In this document: positions 1 to 8,146 of the stretch, piece after piece
Position numbering within the stretch: position 1 is the first letter of the stretch
Layout of the letters: each line of letters begins with the position of its first letter
Origin: Elainellaceae cyanobacterium
GTDB lineage: Bacteria; Cyanobacteriota; Cyanobacteriia; CAZCXK01
Assembly (NCBI GenBank): GCA_051117555.1
Contig: JBNPEG010000256.1
Coordinates: forward strand, 17,246 to 38,334
Direction: 5' to 3'
Length of the DNA: 21,089 nt
The notes under the pieces: generated by a model
Databases searched by the model: none
Told to the model about the DNA's origin: nothing
Seen by the model: only the letters and a program-made list of their open reading frames with translations
Position numbers and translations under genes: made by a program

Positions 1-96
1 GCGAAAGTCTAGGAGCTGCACCAGAATCAGGTATCCGATGCTGAGCAGGAGGGCGATCGCCCCGGTGATGATGGCAACAAGTTTTGAGCGATCCAT
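1..96 (-). CDS. Small cyanobacterial membrane protein, 5' part only (runs off the window); MDRSKLVAIITGAIALLLSIGYLILVQLLDFR...
   Basis: Hand translation from ATG at 96 gives an open frame to position 1 with one hydrophobic helix. It resembles a conserved ~40-50 aa cyanobacterial hypothetical protein (recalled pattern ...YLxLVQLLDFRG...). Not in the ORF track. Confidence 0.8.
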   Translation of the reverse strand, partial: MDRSKLVAIITGAIALLLSIGYLILVQLLDFR

Positions 97-240
97 AATT
101 AGTGTGGTATTGATTACGGTTGAGTTTACGATTCTTTAATCGTTAAGCCGGGCAGTTCTTCGTGTTCTAGACTGACATAAAAGTTAGCGGAAATGGGAAT
201 TAGTATAGTCAGAGAGCCATTATTTCAGAGTGGGCAGACT

Positions 241-269
241 AATGTATCTGCTGTCAATGTATCTGCTGT
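241..269. repeat. 14-bp tandem direct repeat in a divergent promoter region
   Basis: AATGTATCTGCTGT at 241-254 and 256-269. Confidence 0.8.
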
Positions 270-294
270 AATGGAATCAATTCACGCTTGACGT

Positions 295-1284
295 ATGAAG
301 AATATGGATGTCACATCCCACGCTCCGGCTCACCTCGCATCTGCGAATCAAACCGCTGTCGTAGACACCCATCAGTTGCGTAAGGTCTACCGGACAGGGT
401 TTTGGTTAAATCAAAAGCTCGTACCGTTGCAGTCGTGCTCACTAACAGTCTTTCAAGGGGAAACCTTTGGCTTGCTGGGGCCCAATGGAGCCGGTAAGAC
501 GACGCTCCTCAAAATTTTGCTGGGCATTATTCGCCCGACCTCAGGCAATGCCTCGCTTCTCGGCAAATCGCTGGGCGATCGCTCGGTCAAACATCGCGTC
601 GGCTATTTGCCAGAAAATCCATATTTTTATGACTACCTGACCGGCTGGGAGTTTTTGAACTACACAGCCGGGTTGTTTCAAATTCCTCACAACGTTCGGC
701 GAGAACGCATTCCTCAACTCCTTGACCTGGTGGGCCTGGCTCAGTCTGCGGCTCGAAAGAAGCAGCTTCGGCACTATTCGAAAGGCATGTTGCAGCGCAT
801 TGGCATGGCGCAAGCCTTGATTAATGATCCTGAAGTGGTGTTTCTGGATGAGCCCATGTCAGGGCTCGATCCGCTGGGGCGTTACCAGATTCGAGAAATT
901 ATCGCGTCTCTCAAGGCGCAGGGCAAAACCATCTTTTTCAATAGCCATGTGCTATCTGATGTGGAGATGATTTGCGATCGCATCGCAATCTTAGCTCGGG
1001 GAGAATTAATCTGCGCGGGATCGCTTCATGAGCTACTCGGCACTGCCGATCTATATCGCGTAGTCATTAACGGCGGCAATCAAGACGCTCTGCGCGAATG
1101 GATTCCAGATTTAGAATGTCGGGAGGGGCATTGGCAGGGGCATCTTAAAGGCGATGCTCAAGATTTTTTGGCAAGCCTCAGTCTCATGAATGCTCAACTC
1201 ATTTCCATGAATTTAGCTCGACCGTCGCTCGAAGAGTTTTTTGTGCAGCAGCTTCGACAACGCGGAATCTACACCAGCCAGTAG
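295..1284 (+). CDS. ABC transporter ATP-binding protein (ABC-2/exporter type)
   Basis: Walker A GPNGAGKTT, signature YSKGM, Walker B VFLDEP, H-loop NSH. No permease gene adjacent in the window. Confidence 0.95.
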   Translation: MKNMDVTSHAPAHLASANQTAVVDTHQLRKVYRTGFWLNQKLVPLQSCSLTVFQGETFGLLGPNGAGKTTLLKILLGIIRPTSGNASLLGKSLGDRSVKHRVGYLPENPYFYDYLTGWEFLNYTAGLFQIPHNVRRERIPQLLDLVGLAQSAARKKQLRHYSKGMLQRIGMAQALINDPEVVFLDEPMSGLDPLGRYQIREIIASLKAQGKTIFFNSHVLSDVEMICDRIAILARGELICAGSLHELLGTADLYRVVINGGNQDALREWIPDLECREGHWQGHLKGDAQDFLASLSLMNAQLISMNLARPSLEEFFVQQLRQRGIYTSQ

Positions 1285-1306
1285 CGATTGATTCTAGTAA
1301 TTGCGA

Positions 1307-1394
1307 TATGGCTCTATAGGCTCGGATTATGCATAGAACCCTGCACTCCTGGAGTTCTATGCATAACGTCACAACGCGAGATCGTCAGGCTATA
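1307..1394. repeat. TATAGC-ended hairpin element, copy 1 (degenerate)
   Basis: TATGGCTCTATAGGCTCGG...ACGCGAGATCGTCAGGCTATA with a perfect 13-bp inner stem TTATGCATAGAAC (1327-1339)/GTTCTATGCATAA (1354-1366). Arms align with the copy at 9964-10056. Confidence 0.7.
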
Positions 1395-1551
1395 GTCAGT
1401 CTCTTTAATAGATTGCAAACAAACCCATGAAAATGATGAAGCTCTATTAAGGCGTGAGGAAATGCACGTCAGAAGAGTGAAGAAATTAATAGAACCACGG
1501 GGTTTGACTTCGTAATGAAGCCAGCATCGTTAATACATTCAACAATATCCG

Positions 1552-1600
1552 TACGCTCTCGCGTTAGGACGTTGAACGTGCGTGAGCCCGTAGAGCTATA
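1552..1600. repeat. TATAGC-ended element, copy 2 (internally deleted)
   Basis: TACGCTCTCGCGTTAGGACG is identical to 9972-9991, and TGAGCCCGTAGAGCT is identical to 10039-10053. Confidence 0.85.
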
Positions 1601-1619
1601 CATTCAACAGGTGATGACA

Positions 1620-1727
1620 ATGACTCCCGATCAAATTTATGGACTTTGGATTACGCTCATATTTTCTGTTTCTTGCATTGCACTGTGCCCGTTAGTGTAT
1701 TGGATTTTAACGCCCAATCGGGCATGA
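1620..1727 (+). CDS. Putative 35-aa single-helix membrane microprotein (MTPDQIYGLWITLIFSVSCIALCPLVYWILTPNRA)
   Basis: AGGTG SD-like motif at 1609-1613 and a continuous hydrophobic stretch. The longer ORF-track start at 1515 runs through a repeat element and is unlikely. Confidence 0.5.
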   Translation: MTPDQIYGLWITLIFSVSCIALCPLVYWILTPNRA

Positions 1728-1952
1728 CAACTGCCCCAATGCTCAAATTTCAATAGGGATGCGCATCCTACCCAGCCAAACTAGACTCAGGTTTCACGGC
1801 AATTGGGCACGCCCTCTGTCCGCCAAGATTAATGCCTTAAGACTTCCTTATGATTCGTATGAATGTTTATTTATGTAGAAATATTGCAGATCAACGCGGT
1901 GTCGTGTTAACTTTCTTAATAAGAAGTTGACATTGTTGAGGTCTAGTGAGTT

Positions 1953-2096
1953 ATGGAAAATCAAGACGCTAAGTTCGGTTTCACAAAGTTCGCAGAAAAC
2001 TGGAATGGTCGCCTGGCTATGCTAGGTTTCGTTATCGGAATCGCTACCGAGTATTTGACCGGTCAGGGCATCTTGTCTCAACTAGGTATCATGTAG
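1953..2096 (+). CDS. hli: High-light-inducible protein (HLIP/SCP), 47 aa
   Basis: Hand translation MENQDAKFGFTKFAENWNGRLAMLGFVIGIATEYLTGQGILSQLGIM, with the ExxNGRLAMLG chlorophyll-binding motif and TGQG. Missed by the ORF track. Confidence 0.97.
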   Translation: MENQDAKFGFTKFAENWNGRLAMLGFVIGIATEYLTGQGILSQLGIM

Positions 2097-2150
2097 TTTT
2101 ATCTCTTCGAGAAATTAATAGGTCTGACATAGTTTGACACTCAAAGTGTG

Positions 2151-2181
2151 GGGTGGAGATTCGTCTCCACCCTTTTTGTTT
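2151..2181 (+). terminator. Intrinsic terminator of hli
   Basis: GGGTGGAGA-TTCG-TCTCCACCC (9-bp stem, UUCG loop) followed by TTTTTGTTT. Confidence 0.9.
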
Positions 2182-2197
2182 AATAGCGGTATACGCT

Positions 2198-2294
2198 TAT
2201 AGCCTTACGGGCTCAGGTTTGTATGGTGAGCCGCACCGCAGGGACTCACCCACGCTCAGTAAGCGAGATTTGCTGACTCAAAGAACCTGCTGTA
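2198..2294. repeat. TATAGC-ended element, copy 3 (different right arm)
   Basis: TATAGCCTTACGGGCTCAGGTTTG matches the reverse complement of 10033-10056. Inner GGTGAG...CTCACC stem. Ends in GCTGTA at 2289-2294; the right boundary is less certain. Confidence 0.75.
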
Positions 2295-2317
2295 TCGTTC
2301 CGCAGATCACCTACCCC

Positions 2318-3712
2318 TCAAAACTCAGCGCTAAAGGGCGTGCGTGGGAAGGGAATCACGTCTCGAATGTTGGTCATACCCGTCATAAACTGAACCAAAC
2401 GCTCAAAGCCCAGACCAAAGCCAGCATGAGGAACTGTTCCATACCGTCTTAGGTCGAGATACCACCAGTAGTCGTCGATAGGCAATCCGCTTTCTTTAAT
2501 TCGACGCTCAAGCACATCCAGTCTTTCTTCGCGCTGCGATCCCCCGATGATTTCGCCAATTTTAGGCGCAAGGACATCCATTGCAGCAACGGTCTTCTCA
2601 TCGTCGCTCAGCCGCATATAGAAAGCTTTGATCTCAGTCGGATAATCTGTGACAGCAAGGGGTTTTTTGAAGACCTCTTCTGCTAAATAGCGTTCGTGCT
2701 CAGATTGCAAGTCGATGCCCCACGACACCGGAAAGTCAAAATTGCGGTCTGCTTTTTCGAGCAGTTTGATAGCATCGGCATAGGTGATTGAGTCAAAATC
2801 ACTGTTGATGATATTATCTGCCGTCGCCAGCACTGTGTTGTCGATGCGCTTGTTGAAAAATTCCATATCCTCTGGGCAATGCTCCAGCACATAGTTGAAA
2901 ACGTACTTGAGAAATGCCTCAGCGAGTTCAATATTGCCTGACAGATCGCAAAAGGCCATCTCAGGCTCTACCATCCAAAATTCTGCCAGATGCCGAGAGG
3001 TGTTTGAATTCTCGGCTCGGAATGTCGGACCGAAGGTGTAGACATTCGTAAATGCCATGGCCATGATTTCAGCTTCAAGCTGACCGCTTACCGTAAGATA
3101 CGCGGGTCTACCAAAGAAATCTTGACCAAAGTCAACATCTTGAGAGTCGGCCATAAAAGGAACTTTAGACAAGTCCATACTGGTGACGCAAAACATCTCT
3201 CCAGCCCCTTCGCAGTCGCTCGCGGTAATCACGGGTGTATGCACCCAAAGGAATCCTCGGTCTTGAAAAAACTGATGAATTGCAGTGGAACAGGCATTGC
3301 GGACTCGCATCACTGCGCCGATCGTGTTGGTGCGGGCTCGCAAGTGCCCGATGGTTCGCAGAAACTCGAATGAATGCCGCTTTTTTTGCAGCGGATAGGT
3401 TTCTGGGTCAGCCTCACCATACACCTGAACCGCAGTCGCCTGTAGCTCAATGCGCTGTCCTTTTCCTGGAGAGGGGACTAGCGTTCCCGTGATTTCAACA
3501 GATGCGCCCGTATTAATTCGGGCGATCGCCTCTGCATAGTTGGGCAAATCTTGATTGACCACGACTTGCAGCCCAGCCATCGACGAGCCATCATTGACCT
3601 CGATAAACGAAAATTCTTTAAGCTCTCGCTTGGTGCGAACCCAACCTTGAATCGTCACCGAGTCGTCGGGCTGTCCGTGTTTCAAGATATCTGCGATGCG
3701 GCGAGTCGTCAT
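2318..3712 (-). CDS. asnS: Asparagine--tRNA ligase
   Basis: Class IIb aaRS motifs [59 protein letters not shown]. Start probably ATG 3712. Confidence 0.98.
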   Translation of the reverse strand: MTTRRIADILKHGQPDDSVTIQGWVRTKRELKEFSFIEVNDGSSMAGLQVVVNQDLPNYAEAIARINTGASVEITGTLVPSPGKGQRIELQATAVQVYGEADPETYPLQKKRHSFEFLRTIGHLRARTNTIGAVMRVRNACSTAIHQFFQDRGFLWVHTPVITASDCEGAGEMFCVTSMDLSKVPFMADSQDVDFGQDFFGRPAYLTVSGQLEAEIMAMAFTNVYTFGPTFRAENSNTSRHLAEFWMVEPEMAFCDLSGNIELAEAFLKYVFNYVLEHCPEDMEFFNKRIDNTVLATADNIINSDFDSITYADAIKLLEKADRNFDFPVSWGIDLQSEHERYLAEEVFKKPLAVTDYPTEIKAFYMRLSDDEKTVAAMDVLAPKIGEIIGGSQREERLDVLERRIKESGLPIDDYWWYLDLRRYGTVPHAGFGLGFERLVQFMTGMTNIRDVIPFPRTPFSAEF

Positions 3713-3784
3713 AGTCACTATCAATCGATATTTACTCTCCAGTATCGCCTCTGGATGCGTTTAAGGCTACTCAAGACGTTTCAA

Positions 3785-4891
3785 TCAGGCAACGATATGC
3801 TGACGAATTTCATCGGCACGGCGTTGACTGGCGACATCGGGAGTGACAATCTCAATTTGCTCGTCACTGCTCGCTCCTAACCCTAGGGCGATCGCCCGTT
3901 GAATTTGCTCTAGCTCCCATACCGAGCCCTGCGCAACCTCGCTAGTCGTACCCAGCGATCGCAAAATCCCAAGCGCGACCACATCCACTGCAACGCGATC
4001 GGTTCCTGCGAGCATCACATTGGCAGGTACTTTATCTCCAGATGCAGGTCCACCTTTCACAAACGCTTCAACTCCATCGAGAAGGACTAAAGCAGGCTGA
4101 TATGCTGCATTGATTTCAGCAATCATCAAGCGCTGATGGGGAGATGAGTGCAAGTCTCTCATGTAGTTGAACGAGTCACCGGGCACATATTTTGCAACCA
4201 TGCCTACTGTGTTTTTCAATGACAGCGTGAAATGCCCGCCGTATCGATGGGTCTTTAAGCAGCAGGTGTTAATCACCGCTCCTGCTTCAAGAATGGGACG
4301 CGCAAATGCAAACCCTTGCTGCCAATGGGTTCCTTCGGCATCGACGTATTGCCATTGGTCAGCGTCCATTTCATCAAACACCAGCGCATTTAGGCCATAT
4401 CGGTCAGCCAGTTCAAATACGCCCTTCTGCTGCATGGCTTGACGAGTCTCTGCCATCCCGGAGCGATCGCCAATGGTCATGCCCCCCGCGCCAGCACCTT
4501 GCAAATCTTGAATCAACGCCTCTAGAAGCTGCGTATCGGTTGCCGCAGGAGCCGCGTCACCAGTGTTATAGTTTGGTTTAAGAAATACTGACTGGCCTTG
4601 GATTCCATCGGGTTGCAGCAGGTCAATTGCCTGATGCGCACCGGCGACGCGATCCTCCGTTTGAATGAGCACGACTCGGCTCATGCCCGTTGACGCAGAG
4701 GTCGGACTTGCAGACGGAGTTGCAGAGGGGGTTGACGGCGACGCGATGGTTTGCGGAGAAGCATCGCCCGCTGGGGAGTTGGAATTCAGCGCTCGACATG
4801 CAGATGGCAAGATAGAGGCTCCGGCGGCCAGCCCTGCGAGATGCAGAAGCTTGCGTCGGTTGTATTTAGCGTTGAAGGGATTGGGTTGCAT
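3785..4891 (-). CDS. DUF362-family protein with twin-arginine lipoprotein signal
   Basis: From ATG 4891: NRRKLL twin-Arg, hydrophobic core, LPSAC lipobox-like site and a Ser/Thr/Pro linker. Then VFLKPN, LKTH...TLSLKN and DRVAVD motifs typical of DUF362. Confidence 0.8.
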   Translation of the reverse strand: MQPNPFNAKYNRRKLLHLAGLAAGASILPSACRALNSNSPAGDASPQTIASPSTPSATPSASPTSASTGMSRVVLIQTEDRVAGAHQAIDLLQPDGIQGQSVFLKPNYNTGDAAPAATDTQLLEALIQDLQGAGAGGMTIGDRSGMAETRQAMQQKGVFELADRYGLNALVFDEMDADQWQYVDAEGTHWQQGFAFARPILEAGAVINTCCLKTHRYGGHFTLSLKNTVGMVAKYVPGDSFNYMRDLHSSPHQRLMIAEINAAYQPALVLLDGVEAFVKGGPASGDKVPANVMLAGTDRVAVDVVALGILRSLGTTSEVAQGSVWELEQIQRAIALGLGASSDEQIEIVTPDVASQRRADEIRQHIVA

Positions 4892-5058
4892 AGTGATTTT
4901 GGCTGATAACAACAAGTCGGCGCATATCCTATCGGCACCCACAGAGATGCATTTGCTTTCGAGGGTAGAATTTACTTCTCGAATGCTTTGCCTGTTTTGA
5001 TTGTAGACAGCATGTCTAAAATTGGGATATTTACCCGATAACCGACACGTCACACGGC

Positions 5059-5850
5059 CTAATCATCAGGCTTTTCGAATAATGCTGGACGATTTAGAAA
5101 ATAGACAACGAGCCCCAAAAAGGGGATGCTCCACGCAATCCAGCGAATGAAAGAATTGTCCCAGTTGCGGCGCAGCATATCATCGTCGACCAGCCATCCT
5201 TGAAACACCCAAAACACCAGCAGATCAACGACAAATGAATAGGCAAGGCGATCGCTCCCAATCAAATTCAATAAGGAATTCCAACGATCATCAATGCTGC
5301 CAAATTCGGGTCGCGCCCATAGTCCCCAAGCGATCGCCACCAAACCAACGCCAAGTAACACAATAGGAAATAAACGACTTTCTGCCAGTTTTTCTAACGG
5401 ACTGAAAGGTGACTTTGGGGTGTCTACATGCGATCGCCGCAAGGCTAGCCAGGGTAAATAAAACACATTGGTCAGCAACGCAGTACCTACCAAAAATGGC
5501 AGCATGGGAATCCGCTGATTGCGTCCATCGATCAAAAATCCCCAAAATAAAAGCCCCCACGTGACCACTATATTGAACAAGGCTTCGAGGGCAGGATTGA
5601 GTGGGGGGGCAGCATCCGGAAACACCGCAGGCAAGACCAGCCAGAAATTCAAGCTTAGATCAACGGCCTCCTGGAGTGTTTCAGGTTGAGTATGCAACAG
5701 TGATGGCCCCGGCGGTATGTCGCTCAGCAGCAAATATCCAACATAAACCCCCCACGCAGTCCATAAAAATGTCTTTGAAAGTAACGCAGCGCGATCGCTT
5801 AAAAACCAATCTGGGATTTGATTTGCAAACTCTTGGATACGGCTAAGCAT
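5059..5850 (-). CDS. Multi-pass membrane protein of unknown function (DUF2834-like)
   Basis: About 6 hydrophobic segments. Motifs NPxLEALFN, IDGRNQRIP, LPWLALR and DDMLRR resemble a conserved cyanobacterial/plastid membrane family. Confidence 0.7.
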   Translation of the reverse strand: MLSRIQEFANQIPDWFLSDRAALLSKTFLWTAWGVYVGYLLLSDIPPGPSLLHTQPETLQEAVDLSLNFWLVLPAVFPDAAPPLNPALEALFNIVVTWGLLFWGFLIDGRNQRIPMLPFLVGTALLTNVFYLPWLALRRSHVDTPKSPFSPLEKLAESRLFPIVLLGVGLVAIAWGLWARPEFGSIDDRWNSLLNLIGSDRLAYSFVVDLLVFWVFQGWLVDDDMLRRNWDNSFIRWIAWSIPFLGLVVYFLNRPALFEKPDD

Positions 5851-5868
5851 ACGAATAATGAACTAAGA

Positions 5869-5983
5869 TTTTGAGAAATTTTTGAGAATTATCGGCTGGG
5901 GCGATCGCCTCTGCTATAGATCTTTTAACATTTGTGCTGACGTTTATTCTCAACTGTCTCAGCGTTCTCTCATCCTCTTGTCA
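5869..5983. promoter_or_regulatory. Candidate OmpR/PhoB-type direct-repeat operator sites in a divergent promoter
   Basis: Minus strand TTCTCAAAA twice (5869-5877, 5880-5888; 11-bp period). Plus strand TCTCA/TCTCA/TGTCA at 5957, 5968, 5979 (11-bp period). Confidence 0.45.
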
Positions 5984-6045
5984 GATCAGCGTCAGGCTTT
6001 TCCCTCATCATTAAAGTAGATAAACGTCTGTACAGGAGAATACAA

Positions 6046-6516
6046 ATGACACGCACAAGTTTTGTCGTTTTACGGCTCGCAGCAGGGCTTGCAGTCGGTT
6101 TTTGGGGACTGTCTAAGCTCGTTTTCGTTCAGAATTGGGTTGCTCCCTATGAAGGCGCGTTTTACGGAAATTTGCCCGGAAATGGAGCATTGTGGGTTTA
6201 TTTGCTCGGCATTATTCAGCTTTTGATTGCGATCGCCATTATTTTCAATATTTCCCGGCGATTTGCGGCATGGGTTGCGGTCGGTATGTCAGGCATCAAC
6301 CTGATTGCTTCAATTTTGACCGTCATGAAGCCCGAAAATCCTATTTTGGGAAACCCAGCGCCGCTTGGCATCAAGCTGATCTGGTTTTTCTTTGATCCAG
6401 TTGCCATCCTGCTGCTGCTTGCAGGTGTGGCGCTATTACCCAATATCAATCAGATTCGGTCTACGACATCAGACTCACCTGAATTTACGGCTGTAGGTGG
6501 CAATGGTCCTCGATAA
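6046..6516 (+). CDS. DoxX-like membrane protein
   Basis: AGGAGA SD upstream. VLRLAAGL...WGLSKL pattern, LGIIQLLIAIAII and RRFAA match the DoxX pattern; about 4 TM helices. Confidence 0.75.
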   Translation: MTRTSFVVLRLAAGLAVGFWGLSKLVFVQNWVAPYEGAFYGNLPGNGALWVYLLGIIQLLIAIAIIFNISRRFAAWVAVGMSGINLIASILTVMKPENPILGNPAPLGIKLIWFFFDPVAILLLLAGVALLPNINQIRSTTSDSPEFTAVGGNGPR

Positions 6517-6540
6517 GACACTATGACTCATACCCAATGG

Positions 6541-6585
6541 CAAGGCGATCGCGCGGATACCGTACGTGCGATCGCCTTGTTTGTT
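6541..6585 (+). terminator. Hairpin built from two HIP1 sites; probable terminator between convergent genes
   Basis: CAAGGCGATCGC (6541-6552)/GCGATCGCCTTG (6568-6579), followed by TTTGTT. Confidence 0.65.
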
Positions 6586-6638
6586 AGAGCCGCTAGCTTT
6601 CAGCAGTCAGCGCGACTTCTAGCTATCGAGATTTATTT

Positions 6639-7196
6639 CTAAGACAGCCGATGCCCACAGCTCGAACAAAAGCGATCGTCAGGTTTGACTGACGTTCCGC
6701 ATTGGCTACAAAAACGCTTTTGTGGCGAGGAGGATGAGGGGGATCCCATCCGCATTTCCATATCTCCCATCCGCATTTCCATTGGATTTGAATTCATCTG
6801 CATATCTCCCATCTGCATGGGCTGCATAGGTTCCATTGGCTTCATCGGCTCCATCGGCTTCATCGGTTCTGCCGATGGCGTAGACTGAGGAAAATTAGGA
6901 ACCTGCTGCATGTGCATCTGCTGCGTTCCTCCCAAAAAGGGCGTATCATTTATCATGCTCATGCTGCCGCCTTGAAGATGAATAAAAAATTCGCCCTGTA
7001 CTGCTTGAATGCGTACAATGACGCCATTTGCAGTTCGAAACACTTCTGGAGGCGCAGTCCAATTTCCGGTTTGGAAGGCATTGCTCGCCTGTTGCTGCTG
7101 GCCTGGTGTACCGCTTACCGTCGTCGCAACGGTCTGCCCGCGAGGATTGTCGAGATAGATGCTTTGTCCCGTTTGCAGCTCACATTGGTACGCCAT
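6639..7196 (-). CDS. Zinc-ribbon protein with Met-rich low-complexity region
   Basis: C-terminal CSQC-x10-CSSC. (PM[KE])n and MGDMxM repeats. Confidence 0.85.
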   Translation of the reverse strand: MAYQCELQTGQSIYLDNPRGQTVATTVSGTPGQQQQASNAFQTGNWTAPPEVFRTANGVIVRIQAVQGEFFIHLQGGSMSMINDTPFLGGTQQMHMQQVPNFPQSTPSAEPMKPMEPMKPMEPMQPMQMGDMQMNSNPMEMRMGDMEMRMGSPSSSSPQKRFCSQCGTSVKPDDRFCSSCGHRLS

Positions 7197-7275
7197 ATTA
7201 AGCCCTTCCTAATTCTGCCTATTTCGATTATTACGGTTTAGGTCCATAATCCCAACTGTTATCTGGGTAGAAGCA

Positions 7276-8037
7276 TTAATCGAGCAAATCAGGTTCTAGG
7301 CGCACAATCTTGTCATACAACGATTGAAAACTAAACCACCCCAGGTGATGGCTGCCCACTTGGCTATAGGTGAGGCTGGCTGTATCTGGGTCGATGCAGA
7401 CTGGAGTTCCGGCAGCTTCTGCTAAAAGCTGAGCCTGACAGCTTCGATCCATCGTGATAAACCACCATGCCGCTTCATCGACGGTATGCCCGACGGTTAA
7501 CAATCCATGATTGCGTAAGATAATTGCTTTGCGATCGCCCAATGTAGCAGCAATTCGCTGCCCTTCTTCGAGGTCAAGCACCACGCCGGTATAGTCATCC
7601 AGCAGTGCGTGATCGTCATAAAAGGCACAGGCATCTTGGGTGAGCGGGTCGAGATGTCGTCCGAGGGTAGACCAGGCTTTGCCATAGAGAGAATGGGCAT
7701 GGGCAGCGGCAATCACATCAGGGCGCGCTTGGTGAATTTGAGAATGAATGGCAAAGGCAGCATCGTTAACCGGGCGATCGCCCAAGACAATGTCCCCTTT
7801 GTGATTGACTAGCACCAGGTCTGACACCTGAATATGCCCAAAATACATGCCAAACGGATTGACCCAGAAATGGTCAAGATATTCTGGATCACGGGCCGTG
7901 ATGTGTCCGGCGATGCCTTCGTCAAAACCATATCGGGCAAAGAGCCGAAACGCCGCCGCCAGGCGTTGTTTGCGGTGTAGCCGTTCTGCGTCAATGCTGT
8001 CAAAGGTAGGGGGGTGAGGAAGAGGCAGGTCTACCAT
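7276..8037 (-). CDS. Class II aldolase/adducin family protein
   Basis: EGIAGHITARDP, FWVNPFG, AFAIHSQIH, HAHS and LRNHGLLTVG metal-binding His motifs. Confidence 0.93.
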   Translation of the reverse strand: MVDLPLPHPPTFDSIDAERLHRKQRLAAAFRLFARYGFDEGIAGHITARDPEYLDHFWVNPFGMYFGHIQVSDLVLVNHKGDIVLGDRPVNDAAFAIHSQIHQARPDVIAAAHAHSLYGKAWSTLGRHLDPLTQDACAFYDDHALLDDYTGVVLDLEEGQRIAATLGDRKAIILRNHGLLTVGHTVDEAAWWFITMDRSCQAQLLAEAAGTPVCIDPDTASLTYSQVGSHHLGWFSFQSLYDKIVRLEPDLLD

Positions 8038-8146
8038 GAGTCTTTTTCACACCATTATTTACGTGTACAATCAGCGTAGATTGGCAATCTGCCGGGGCTG
8101 GAGGAGATGAATGGATTCATCACTTCAGCCTTGCATTGAGTGAAGC

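Noticed and set aside
1515..1619. Longer start for the microprotein ORF
   Set aside because: It translates through repeat copy 2; the SD-like motif supports the later ATG.
4892..5053. N-terminal extension of the DUF362 ORF
   Set aside because: The signal peptide starts right after ATG 4891, so the extension would bury it.
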